DNA from: a candidate division FCPU426 bacterium
Lineage (GTDB): Bacteria > Oederibacteriota > JAAXVQ01 > JAUVAV01
Direction of reading: 5' to 3'
Assembly: GCA_040756875.1 (NCBI GenBank)
Contig: JBFLYH010000002.1
Location: forward strand, 638,978 to 702,977
Length of the DNA stretch: 64,000 bases
Positions 20,501-29,533 of this stretch are shown here, piece by piece. The translations under genes were made by a program, and so were the position numbers. How positions within the stretch are numbered: position 1 is the stretch's first letter; every line of letters begins with the position of its first letter. The notes beneath the pieces were generated by a model, which ran no database searches, had not been told where the DNA came from, and saw only the letters and a program-made list of their open reading frames with translations.

Positions 20501-21135
20501 ATTCTTACCTCAAGCGGGCGAACGGGCGCCAGTCCTGTCACGGTTTTCTCCGGAATAAGCAGGTACTGAGGCGTCAATATTATGCCATATCGCGAAAACT
20601 CCAGGACATTATAAAAAAACCTTTGATTTTCAAGGGAAAAGTCGCCATATCCGCATGATAGCCTCGCGCCCATAACCTGACCTTTGCGGCGCAATTCGAG
20701 ATTAACTCCCTTTTCGATAAAATCCAGCGCATAATCGACCTTTTCCGATAAAACCGCATCTAAAACCACGGCTTCCTCCAGGCGGTTTTGTTCCTGCAGC
20801 GACTGAAGCTGCCTGAAGTCTTCCTGCCTGACCGACGCCCCGAGCAAGTAAACCCGTTGCGCACCCGCACAACGTTCTGCGACCAGCCGGCTGCTGAACC
20901 GGTGGCGGTCAACGGCCACCAGGTCTCCCTCAGCCTGGAAACCGGCTTCCCGGTAAAAAAGTCGTATCTGAGTCTCGCGTAAAAACCGCTTGATCAGGGA
21001 TTGATACTTGGACAGGATCAGCGTCTGGTCGGAGGTCTTCTGGCGGTAACCCAGGCGCGTCCAAATCGGCTCCTCGGGCATGGGGTGCATCGAGACCAAA
21101 CTGACGTTAAGCGGAAACCCGGACGCCTCATTCAT
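20497..21135 (-). CDS. Methionine synthase activation-domain protein
   Basis: LDAV, RLSCGYGDF, LIPEKTVT; overlaps the metH start. Confidence 0.75.
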   Translation of the reverse strand: MNEASGFPLNVSLVSMHPMPEEPIWTRLGYRQKTSDQTLILSKYQSLIKRFLRETQIRLFYREAGFQAEGDLVAVDRHRFSSRLVAERCAGAQRVYLLGASVRQEDFRQLQSLQEQNRLEEAVVLDAVLSEKVDYALDFIEKGVNLELRRKGQVMGARLSCGYGDFSLENQRFFYNVLEFSRYGIILTPQYLLIPEKTVTGLAPVRPLEVRI

Positions 21136-21163
21136 GCTCTGCTCCGCCTTGCTTGCTTGGAAG

Positions 21164-21712
21164 TCAAATTTTTGCCAGCGTAATGCCCTTGCTTCCTTGG
21201 TACTTGCCTCCCTTGTCCGCATAAGAAACTTCAGGAACCCATTCGCTTTGCATGAACACCACCTGGGCGATGCCTTCCTGGGCGTAGATCTTGACGGGCG
21301 CTGCGGTGGTGTTAAATATCTGCATGGTCACATGCCCCTCCCATTCCGGCTCCAACGGCGTGATATTCACCAACACGCCGCTGCGCGCATACGTGGACTT
21401 GCCCGTGCACAAGGCGATCACATCTCTGGGGATGCGGAAATATTCCACCGAACGTCCCAGGCAAAACGTGTGCGGAGGCAGCTCCAGCACCGGGCCTTGA
21501 AAATTTTCAAAATCTTCGGACCGGGATTGTTTGGGATCCGCCACATTGTTGGTTGACCCTTTGTGGATTTTGAACTGATCACTCACCCGCATGTCGTATC
21601 CAAAGGAAGAAATGCCAAAGGAGACCACGCCACCCGAAGTCGGCTCGGCGCAAGGTTCAATCATCCCTTTCTCCTTTGACAACTTCCTTATCATATGGTC
21701 CGGCATGACCAT
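21164..21712 (-). CDS. dcd: dCTP deaminase
   Basis: SFGISSFGYD, GKSTYARSG, TPLEPEWEG, GKYQG. Confidence 0.95.
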   Translation of the reverse strand: MVMPDHMIRKLSKEKGMIEPCAEPTSGGVVSFGISSFGYDMRVSDQFKIHKGSTNNVADPKQSRSEDFENFQGPVLELPPHTFCLGRSVEYFRIPRDVIALCTGKSTYARSGVLVNITPLEPEWEGHVTMQIFNTTAAPVKIYAQEGIAQVVFMQSEWVPEVSYADKGGKYQGSKGITLAKI

Positions 21713-21745
21713 GGCCGCAATTCCTCCCGGATTCTGATTACTCGT

Positions 21746-23248
21746 TCATGCGTTGGACTTGTATTTAAAATGCTTGTTTTTTTGAGCTAAAAGCCAAGCC
21801 AGAGTCAGCCTTATACCAACCCCTGTAGCCCCTTTGGGCGACAAAGGCGTTTTATCTCCATACGCTGTTCCTGCAATGTCCAAATGGACCCAGGGCGTAT
21901 CCCCGATAAAACGTTCAAGAAAAACCGCGCCTTGAATCGTGCCTGCTCCGGACTTGCTTGAAATATTTGCAATATCAGCCACTTCGCTTTTCATTAACTG
22001 GCGGTATTCATCCCAGATCGGTAGCTGCCAGGTCTTCTCGCCAGACTCATTTCCGGCCTCGGCAATATCCAATCCCATCTGGTCGCAATTCGTCAATAAC
22101 CCGGTGGCATATGTCCCTAACGCTACGATAACCGCCCCTGTCAATGTTGCGAAATCCAGAATGCATGCCGGCTTATGCCTAAGACTATAAGTGAGGGCGT
22201 CCGCCAGTATCAATCTGCCTTCCGCATCAGTGTTGATGATCTCAATACTCTTCCCGGATAAACTGGTCACAACATCTCCCGGCCTGGTAGCTGTCCCGGA
22301 AGGCATATTTTCGGCAGCCGGAACCACCCCTAGCAAATTAACCGGCAGCCTCATGGCTGCTGCAGCTTTGATGATACCCAAAACTGCGGCCGCGCCGCTC
22401 ATGTCAAAACGCATCTCTTCCATTTTGGCAGATGGCTTGATCGAGATGCCCCCGGAATCGAAGGTGATGCCCTTCCCCACCAGCGCAACTGGCGCTTGTT
22501 TGCTGCTGGCCCCCTGATAACGGATGTCGATCAGCACCGGAGGGCGCACGCTGCCAATGCCAACCGCCATTAAAGCGCCGAATCCCTGCCGTCGCAATTC
22601 CTGATGACGGAGAATTTTCACCTTGATTCGTTTGTCTTTTTTCGCCAACGCCACAGCCTCTTTAGCCAATACTTCCGGATAAAGAACATTCCCGGGGCGG
22701 TTGGCCAACGTCCTGGCATAATTAACGCTGTCCGCCGTGTCCTCGGCCATCTTCACTGCCTGGAGAATGGATGGCTTTTTTTCAATGCATAACGACACTG
22801 TGAACCGCTGCCTACGCAAATCCTCGTCCTGCTCTTTCTTCAGTTCCAAATATCGATAACTCGCCAGTTGTCCGGCCAGTACGATGAGCCGGCTGGTCTC
22901 CACCGGTTCCAAACGTTCATGGCAGAAACTGCCCACTTCAAAGACCGCTTCCCGGACTTTTAAGCGCACGGCTCTTTGCACCGCCAACCCCACCGCTTTA
23001 CGCACTTCCTCGGCTTCCAATTCGGCGCCTTTTCCCAAGCCGCAAAGAATTACCCTTTCAATGGGTCCGGATGGGGGGTAAAAAACGTTTATTTCCCCCA
23101 GTTTTCCGGTTACATCACCTAGTTTAATGGCGCGTTGTATCCCGGGTATCCGCGCAGTCAAGCCTGACAGGGATTTTTTGTCTTCCGTTACACCCAACAC
23201 CAAATTTCTTATCCCCCGGATTTCCTTTGGGCGATAAAAACGGACCAT
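21746..23248 (-). CDS. pepA: Leucyl aminopeptidase (M17)
   Basis: VGKGITFDSGG, NTDAEGRL, ATLTGA, HLDIAG. Confidence 0.95.
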   Translation of the reverse strand: MVRFYRPKEIRGIRNLVLGVTEDKKSLSGLTARIPGIQRAIKLGDVTGKLGEINVFYPPSGPIERVILCGLGKGAELEAEEVRKAVGLAVQRAVRLKVREAVFEVGSFCHERLEPVETSRLIVLAGQLASYRYLELKKEQDEDLRRQRFTVSLCIEKKPSILQAVKMAEDTADSVNYARTLANRPGNVLYPEVLAKEAVALAKKDKRIKVKILRHQELRRQGFGALMAVGIGSVRPPVLIDIRYQGASSKQAPVALVGKGITFDSGGISIKPSAKMEEMRFDMSGAAAVLGIIKAAAAMRLPVNLLGVVPAAENMPSGTATRPGDVVTSLSGKSIEIINTDAEGRLILADALTYSLRHKPACILDFATLTGAVIVALGTYATGLLTNCDQMGLDIAEAGNESGEKTWQLPIWDEYRQLMKSEVADIANISSKSGAGTIQGAVFLERFIGDTPWVHLDIAGTAYGDKTPLSPKGATGVGIRLTLAWLLAQKNKHFKYKSNA

Positions 23249-23733
23249 AACGAATTCCTCCTTCGACGAAACCGCGTTAATGATTCACAGTGTACGACGA
23301 GAAAAATACGAGGGCAAGGAATAAAAATCGTCAGCAAAAGCGACTGCGGGTGTAAATTTCATTCTTAACATTTAAGCAACGTATTGCACCCTCTTGTGCT
23401 ATTCCCCGGGAATGAACCCGCGCCGATTTTTAAAAGGCAAGTTTATATGAAGTCGTCTCGCAAACAAACAAGGCGTGGCCGAACAGCCTCCGCAGTGACA
23501 ATTTATGTTTAATACTATAATTTGAAAGGGTGGTTTTATGACTTCGTCTCGTCAATATTCATAATATCAGTTAAATAATAACTATAATAATAAACAATAT
23601 TATATCATTGTTACATTTGTGTATATTTATATTTAAAGTGTTATATATACATTAAACTCGGCGATGCGATCGGGTTTCGGCAGGCGGGAATCCAATTCGT
23701 TTTTAACTTTCTCTTAAAGAATATTGCACACCT

Positions 23734-24570
23734 TCAGTTTTCTTTTGGTTGCGGCACCATCCAATCCCCCAACGCTTGATTGATATCCGCAAATTCCTGC
23801 AAGGACAATGTCTCCGGCCGGCGTTGCGAATCGATGCCTGCCCGGGCTAAAGCGCTTTCCCAATATTCCTGTCGCGGTGCACGCTCCAAACCCTGCAGGC
23901 ATTTTCGCAAAGTCTTGCGCCGATGGGTGAAGGCCGACCGGACAAGGTACAAGAACATCTCTTCATCACTGACATGCACCTGAGGAGCCTCTCTCTTGTC
24001 CAATCGAATGATCGCAGATGAAACCAGCGGCGGAGGGTTGAATGCCTTGGCCGGCACCCGGCATACATAATGCGGTTCGCTATAATATCGCGCCGCGACA
24101 CTCAGCGCGGAATAGTCCTTGCTCCCTGGTTCGCTGCATAGGCGTCTTCCCACTTCATCCTGGACCATTACCACCAAACGGTCGCAACGCGCTTTGCTGG
24201 CAAGTACGTGCATAACCATTTGGGTGGCCATGTAATATGGAAGGTTGGCGACAAGCTTAATTCGTTTGAATCCCTTTTCGCGCAATTCACCAATCACTTC
24301 ATCCCAGCTGATATACCGGGCATCAAGATTACGGACTTCGAAATTGTTGTGGTTTTCGAATTTTTCTTTCAATTTATCGATAAATCGGGAATCAATCTCT
24401 AATGCCAGCACCAAACCGGCCTTGGGCAATAAGTATTTGGTTAAAACACCCTTACCAGGCCCGACTTCAATGACCGCGTCTTCCGGCGAAAGCTCGGCTG
24501 CTTCCACTGCCTTCATGGCGTAATGGATATGTTTAAGAAAATGTTGGCCATATTTGGGTTTTTTTAGCAT
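23734..24570 (-). CDS. rsmA: 16S rRNA adenine dimethyltransferase
   Basis: GQHFL, EVGPGKG, VANLPYY, RRKTL; follows pdxA. Confidence 0.95.
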   Translation of the reverse strand: MLKKPKYGQHFLKHIHYAMKAVEAAELSPEDAVIEVGPGKGVLTKYLLPKAGLVLALEIDSRFIDKLKEKFENHNNFEVRNLDARYISWDEVIGELREKGFKRIKLVANLPYYMATQMVMHVLASKARCDRLVVMVQDEVGRRLCSEPGSKDYSALSVAARYYSEPHYVCRVPAKAFNPPPLVSSAIIRLDKREAPQVHVSDEEMFLYLVRSAFTHRRKTLRKCLQGLERAPRQEYWESALARAGIDSQRRPETLSLQEFADINQALGDWMVPQPKEN

Positions 24571-25592
24571 CGGGAATTAATGACCATTTCTCTGGCAGTC
24601 AGGATCGCCTGGCGCATGGAATGAGGATCCGCTACATTTTTACCTGCAATTGAAAATGCCGTGCCATGATCCGGCGAAGTCCGGATTATTGGCAAACCTG
24701 CTGTAATATTCACGCCATTGTTAAAATGCCTCATTTTAAAAGGTATTAATCCCTGATCATGATACATACATACGAATAAGTCGAAAGCTTCAGTGTATTT
24801 ATCAGTAAATAACGTATCGGCTGGAAAAGGCCCTTTAATATTAATCCCTTTCTTCTTCAGTTTACTAATGGCTGGTTTTATTATTGTTATTTCCTCTTTT
24901 CCAAAAATCCCATTTTCTCCTGCGTGTGGATTTAAACCAGCACAGGCGATTCTGGGTCTAGAGATGTTGAAATATTTTTTTAAAGTTTCATTTCCTGTAA
25001 TACAAGTCTCTATAACCTTTTGAACATTTATTATAGAATGAACTCTGGATAAAGGTTCATGAATAGTCACAAGTATTACTCGAAATACACCTCCAATAAA
25101 CATCATGGAATATCTTTTTGTTTTAGTCATTTTCGCGAGCAGTTCAGTGTGTCCAGGGAAAAATATCTTTGCTTCATGCCAAGCTTCTTTAGATATAGGT
25201 GCTGTTACCATGGCATCAACACTTTTATCCATACAAAGCTGAATACCCCTGGTCACTGCTTTATATGACATAAATCCGCTAGCTTTATTACCCCTGCCAA
25301 TTTCAATCATACCATTCGAGATATCACTATTAATAAATAATATTCTTCCTTTTAGTGCATAATGCTGATTTGATACCGTGTTGTCATCAACTACGATTAT
25401 TTTTTTAATTGTTTTTACAAAGTGTTTCATCCTTTTAAACACATTGAAATCGCCTATAATTAAAGGACAAATCTTTGAGGTAATTGTTTTATCATTTAAA
25501 CACTTTAAAATAATCTCTGGACCTATGCCTGCAGGATCGCCCATCGTAATAGCAATTCTAGGAATAAACTTGTTTTTTAATCGGATTAGCAT
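24564..25592 (-). CDS. pdxA: 4-hydroxythreonine-4-phosphate dehydrogenase
   Basis: TMGDPAGIGPE, PGHTE, LNPHAGE, MYHDQG, RTSPDHGTA; start approximate. Confidence 0.93.
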   Translation of the reverse strand: MLIRLKNKFIPRIAITMGDPAGIGPEIILKCLNDKTITSKICPLIIGDFNVFKRMKHFVKTIKKIIVVDDNTVSNQHYALKGRILFINSDISNGMIEIGRGNKASGFMSYKAVTRGIQLCMDKSVDAMVTAPISKEAWHEAKIFFPGHTELLAKMTKTKRYSMMFIGGVFRVILVTIHEPLSRVHSIINVQKVIETCITGNETLKKYFNISRPRIACAGLNPHAGENGIFGKEEITIIKPAISKLKKKGINIKGPFPADTLFTDKYTEAFDLFVCMYHDQGLIPFKMRHFNNGVNITAGLPIIRTSPDHGTAFSIAGKNVADPHSMRQAILTAREMVINSRC

Positions 25593-26417
25593 AGCAATAT
25601 ACACATCCTTCCGGACAATGCTGCTGATACGACCCGATATCAATTGATTTGCTACAATTACACTCTTTTCTTTGTCCTCTATCCTTGTCACAACTTATTG
25701 AATTTTGTAAAGGATGAATTATTGATATAAATTCACTATTTACACATTTTGCCGGCGTTACTCCAAAAGGAGTAAATACCGGCGATGAACAGGCATTCAG
25801 CCTCATATTATAATCATTTGCTACTTCCAGCAATTGATTAATATCTCTTTTAATCTCTTCTGAATTCGGCTCTGCTATATTAATTGAATAATGCTCTGCT
25901 CTGGCTTTTGATTTCGCATACCATTGACATAAAGAGATGATTACATTTTGGATGCCAGCATCAGCGATTATTGGAGCTATTTTTTTGAAAATACTTATAT
26001 TGCTTGCTTTTTTCCCCCCGTCCATCCAATAAACAATAGGATCGAATCGCCATACCACTCTCTCGCAGCTTCCGGCGATATCTACCAGGTGTTTCCCTTG
26101 TAAAGCTGTTTTATTATAAGGTAGTATACCCGGTTCCAGCGAAGTGCCGCCTAATCCTGTTATCGTGAAATGAAAAAAAGCTGTTGGTACCTTTTCAATC
26201 GGTCCAAAAGCTTGCATTCGTTGGCAAGCAACCTTGAAAAATCCTTGGACCATAAAACTATTGTGTGAACATCGCTCGGGTCGAGGGAAACATGCCTGAC
26301 TTGGCCTGAGAAGGGGTTTTTTACTTCAACCCATTTTTGTTCCAGCCACCCTGAAAATACGGAAGGAAACATTCTCGCCAAATCGGTCCGGCGGGAAGCC
26401 GAGATAATTTCCGCCAT
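25558..26417 (-). pseudogene. DUF1848 family gene split by a -1 frameshift at a T7 run (26173-26179)
   Basis: N-terminal ISASRRTD...NPF...LWSK in one frame; HFTITG...WRFDPI...QRKECNC..SIDIGSY..CPEGCVYCYAN in the -1 frame. Confidence 0.8.
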
Positions 26418-26420
26418 GGC

Positions 26421-27392
26421 TCACTGGGCCAATTGGTTTGAGAGGTGGTAGTATTCCCGGCCAAGATGCTTCTGCCTGGCCGTTACGATCGCCAGGGGCG
26501 AAGCAACGATATGATCGTTTTGGAGCCCTGATAAATGGGCGTACAGACCTTTCGCCAGGTTCTGGACAGCGGCATGTCCCATGCGTGCCGCTAGCAGGCG
26601 GCTGCGGGCCGAGGGGCTGCCGCCGCGCTGAATATATCCCAGGATCGAAAGCCGGACACGCAAGCCGGTTTTGGCCTTCAATTGCTCCGTGATTTTTTTT
26701 GAGTCGCCGGCCCCCTCGGCCATCACGATGATCGAAGATAGCTTGCCGCGCTTCTTGCCGTTGACCAGCATCCGGCTGATTGCATCCAACTGGTATTTGA
26801 TTTCCGGAACCAGCACAGCCTCCGCCCCGCACGCCAGCCCGACTTCCACGGCGATGAATCCGTTGTGACGGCCCATGACTTCAATGAGAAACACCCGTTC
26901 GTGGGAGGTGGCGGTGTCGCGGATCTGGTCGATGGCGGTGACGGCCGTGTTCACGGCCGTATCGAATCCCACCGTGTCGTCCGTTCCGTAGACGTCGTTA
27001 TCGATGGACGCCGGCACCACGGCCACTGGCAACTGGATTTCACGGTGGATCGCCTGTGCGGCTGCGGCGCTGCCATTGCCGCCGATCACCACCAACCCTT
27101 CCAGACCTAGCTCGCGGATATGCCGATAGGCTTTTGCCCTTTGGGAGGCTTGCTTGAATTCGGGACAACGGACAGTCCGCAGAATAGTGCCGCCACGGTT
27201 GATGATTCCGCCGACACTGCGCGAATCCATGGGCTGTGTTTCCCGATTGATCAAACCCCAATAGCCGCGTAATATCCCGGTCACCCTCCACTTGCGGTCC
27301 GTTGCGGCGCGTACAACGGCCCGGATGGCGGCATTCATCCCGGGCGCATCTCCCCCGGAAGTCAATACCCCTATATGCTTTATCTTGATCAC
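26421..27392 (-). CDS. pfkA: ATP-dependent 6-phosphofructokinase
   Basis: TSGGDAPGMN, SIDND, EVMGR, LGYIQRGG. Confidence 0.95.
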   Translation of the reverse strand: MIKIKHIGVLTSGGDAPGMNAAIRAVVRAATDRKWRVTGILRGYWGLINRETQPMDSRSVGGIINRGGTILRTVRCPEFKQASQRAKAYRHIRELGLEGLVVIGGNGSAAAAQAIHREIQLPVAVVPASIDNDVYGTDDTVGFDTAVNTAVTAIDQIRDTATSHERVFLIEVMGRHNGFIAVEVGLACGAEAVLVPEIKYQLDAISRMLVNGKKRGKLSSIIVMAEGAGDSKKITEQLKAKTGLRVRLSILGYIQRGGSPSARSRLLAARMGHAAVQNLAKGLYAHLSGLQNDHIVASPLAIVTARQKHLGREYYHLSNQLAQ

Positions 27393-27407
27393 GCGTTTCC
27401 TCCGTCC

Positions 27408-28817
27408 TTACGGCTGTTCTTCAACGACTTTAAATTCCACGCGCCGGTTGCGTCTTCGTCCTTCGGCCGTGGCATTGTCGGCGATCGGCCTGCTTTCACC
27501 GTAACCGACGGGAATGAACTGCTCGGCCAGCAGCCTGTGGTGGTCGACCAAATAGGCCTGGACAGCCTGCACCCGGCTTTGGGATAGGCGCAAATTGGTT
27601 TTCGCCGAGCCTTGCGCATCCGTATGTCCTTCGATGCGGATGCGCAGGTCTGGGAACGACGCCGCTTCTGCGGCTATTTCATCCAGTGTGCCCAGGGATT
27701 CCGGCGTCAATATCGTCGAACCGCTTTTAAACTGTATATTCACCAGTTGACCGAGCTCAATTCGCCGGCTGATGGCCTCTATGCGCTCCTCCAGCGCCTG
27801 ACGCTGGGGTACTGGTGTCGGCACTGGCGTGGGAACCGCAGTCGGTTGCGCGGTGGGCGTCGGAGCCGGTGAAGCGGCCGCGAATTGATACGTCATGGAA
27901 ATGCGGTGGGTCGTGCCAAAAAAGCCGTAAGGCACGAAAGCATAATCCAATCGAAACGGCGCATATCGCAAGCCCAGGCCCGCCGTGACGCCGGCGGCTG
28001 CTTGGCTCCCAAAATTGGCGTACAATTCGGATGGATCGATTTTTTCCTGATACATGTAACCCGCCCGCAAGGCCAGGGTTCCGGCGAACAAGTATTCGGC
28101 GCCCAAGGCGATCTTTCCAGGTTGCTCCAACAGCTGGTTGTAATCCAGGGTAAGGGCGACTTCTTTTAGGGGAAGGTAGGCTGCGCCCAGCTTGAAATTG
28201 ATGGGAAGACGATAATATTCTTCCCGCAGACTGGTCGCTGGTCCCAGGTGCTGGACGACCCCTCCCAGGCGCAGTCCGGGCCAGGGCAGAAAGTAAAGGA
28301 AGCCAGCGTCCACGGCCCATCCGAGGTTGGCCTGGGCATCAATGGTTTCCGAAAACATCAATACATTTGCGCCCAAGTGCAGATGTTCCGAGAAGCGAAG
28401 CCCATACCCTGCCGTGAACCCAAAATCCGCGGCGGAAAAAGTCCCGCGGCCGGGATCATCTGGGGTGTCTCCGATGTCCGAACGCACCAAGTCGCCGGCG
28501 TTTAGATAAACCAGCGAGCCGCCGATCGTTCCATTCAGCCAGGGCAGTGCCAACGCGACGTGATCGAAAAAAATGTCCTCCAACCAAAAGACGTGCATAG
28601 CCGTGGCTTCGGGCGTCGTAATCTGGGCTAGTCCCGCAGGATTCCAATAAAGGGCGGTTGCGTCGTCGGCTAAACCCGCGTACGCTTCGCCCATGGCCAC
28701 GGCCCGCGGGCCGACGCTGATTTTCAAGAATGTGGCGGCAGTAGTTCCTTTTCCGGAAATAGCCAAGGCTGAAAGTGGAAGGCATCCCACGAGAACCGCG
28801 ATGAAAATATTGCGCAT
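27408..28817 (-). CDS. PorV/UPF0164-like outer-membrane barrel fused to an OmpA-like peptidoglycan-binding domain
   Basis: Signal peptide, FLKISVGPRAVAMGEA, YWNPAGL, DYAFVPYG, PT linker, IEGHTD...NLRLS..R, RNRRVEF. Confidence 0.85.
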   Translation of the reverse strand: MRNIFIAVLVGCLPLSALAISGKGTTAATFLKISVGPRAVAMGEAYAGLADDATALYWNPAGLAQITTPEATAMHVFWLEDIFFDHVALALPWLNGTIGGSLVYLNAGDLVRSDIGDTPDDPGRGTFSAADFGFTAGYGLRFSEHLHLGANVLMFSETIDAQANLGWAVDAGFLYFLPWPGLRLGGVVQHLGPATSLREEYYRLPINFKLGAAYLPLKEVALTLDYNQLLEQPGKIALGAEYLFAGTLALRAGYMYQEKIDPSELYANFGSQAAAGVTAGLGLRYAPFRLDYAFVPYGFFGTTHRISMTYQFAAASPAPTPTAQPTAVPTPVPTPVPQRQALEERIEAISRRIELGQLVNIQFKSGSTILTPESLGTLDEIAAEAASFPDLRIRIEGHTDAQGSAKTNLRLSQSRVQAVQAYLVDHHRLLAEQFIPVGYGESRPIADNATAEGRRRNRRVEFKVVEEQP

Positions 28818-28845
28818 GCACCAGCTCCCTGGAGGGTGTTTCCAT

Positions 28846-28875
28846 ATATTAGCATCTCTTTCCAGGGCGCGTCAA
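28846..28875 (-). promoter_or_regulatory. Sigma70-type promoter
   Basis: TTGACG-18 nt-TAATAT with extended TG, upstream of the PorV-OmpA gene. Confidence 0.5.
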
Positions 28876-29533
28876 TGGAGGCAAGAATCCATATTGGCTC
28901 AAACGGTTATTTGTAAAGAGTGAATGTCGTTCTTCCGGGAATGAGTGCACCCCGATTTTTATTTTCTCGACCAATCAACCAGGCGACCACTCTGCAACCC
29001 CTGCTCGTGCAACCGCCCTTTCCTTACCCTCGTTCAATGCCCCATTCGCTTGTCATCCTTGTAGTGGGAGGGTTTATACGCAGATCCCAAGGTCATAGGT
29101 ATTTTCAATAGTGAGTGACTACATCGAATTTCAGCCTTAAGCATTCAATCATCCTGGATGAGAAACGAATTGGAAAATTGTAATATACTAGAATATCTTG
29201 AAGCAGCATTTATTGGTAATTATTGCTACCATACAAGCGTGCATTTTTAGAAATTTAAATATAAATTAAACTGTGCCTTATTGAATAATTGAATTAATTC
29301 ATTTTTTAATAATGAGCATAACCAATGATAATTACAGACACGATTTTATGTTTTTAATAATTTTAACCCCTTCTACGCAATATTTTAGTAATATAGAGAG
29401 ACACTATAATTTTAGTTCTTTTTATTTGAGTTATGATACGGTTTACTTGGCGTGAAATTAATTTATTTTTCCGGAATTTAGCCAATTATTTAAGCATTCT
29501 ATATGCTGAGTGGTATATAAAGCCTTTATTAAA

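Noticed and set aside
429-20569. Long plus-strand ORFs (for example 1906..3498, 7733..9517, 10832..12733, 13908..15620)
   Set aside because: Antisense shadows of well-identified minus-strand genes in GC-rich DNA.
23486-23513. dif-like site (TTATGTTTAAT resembles the XerD arm)
   Set aside because: The partner XerC arm does not match. The XerC-like AATGAGCATAA at 29311 likewise has no XerD arm.
23249-23733. Replication origin
   Set aside because: Only one imperfect DnaA box, no dnaA or dnaN nearby, and no switch in gene orientation.
26421-27392. GGNGS variant in PfkA (and KLSKT in MetG) as novelties
   Set aside because: Both look like ordinary family variation.
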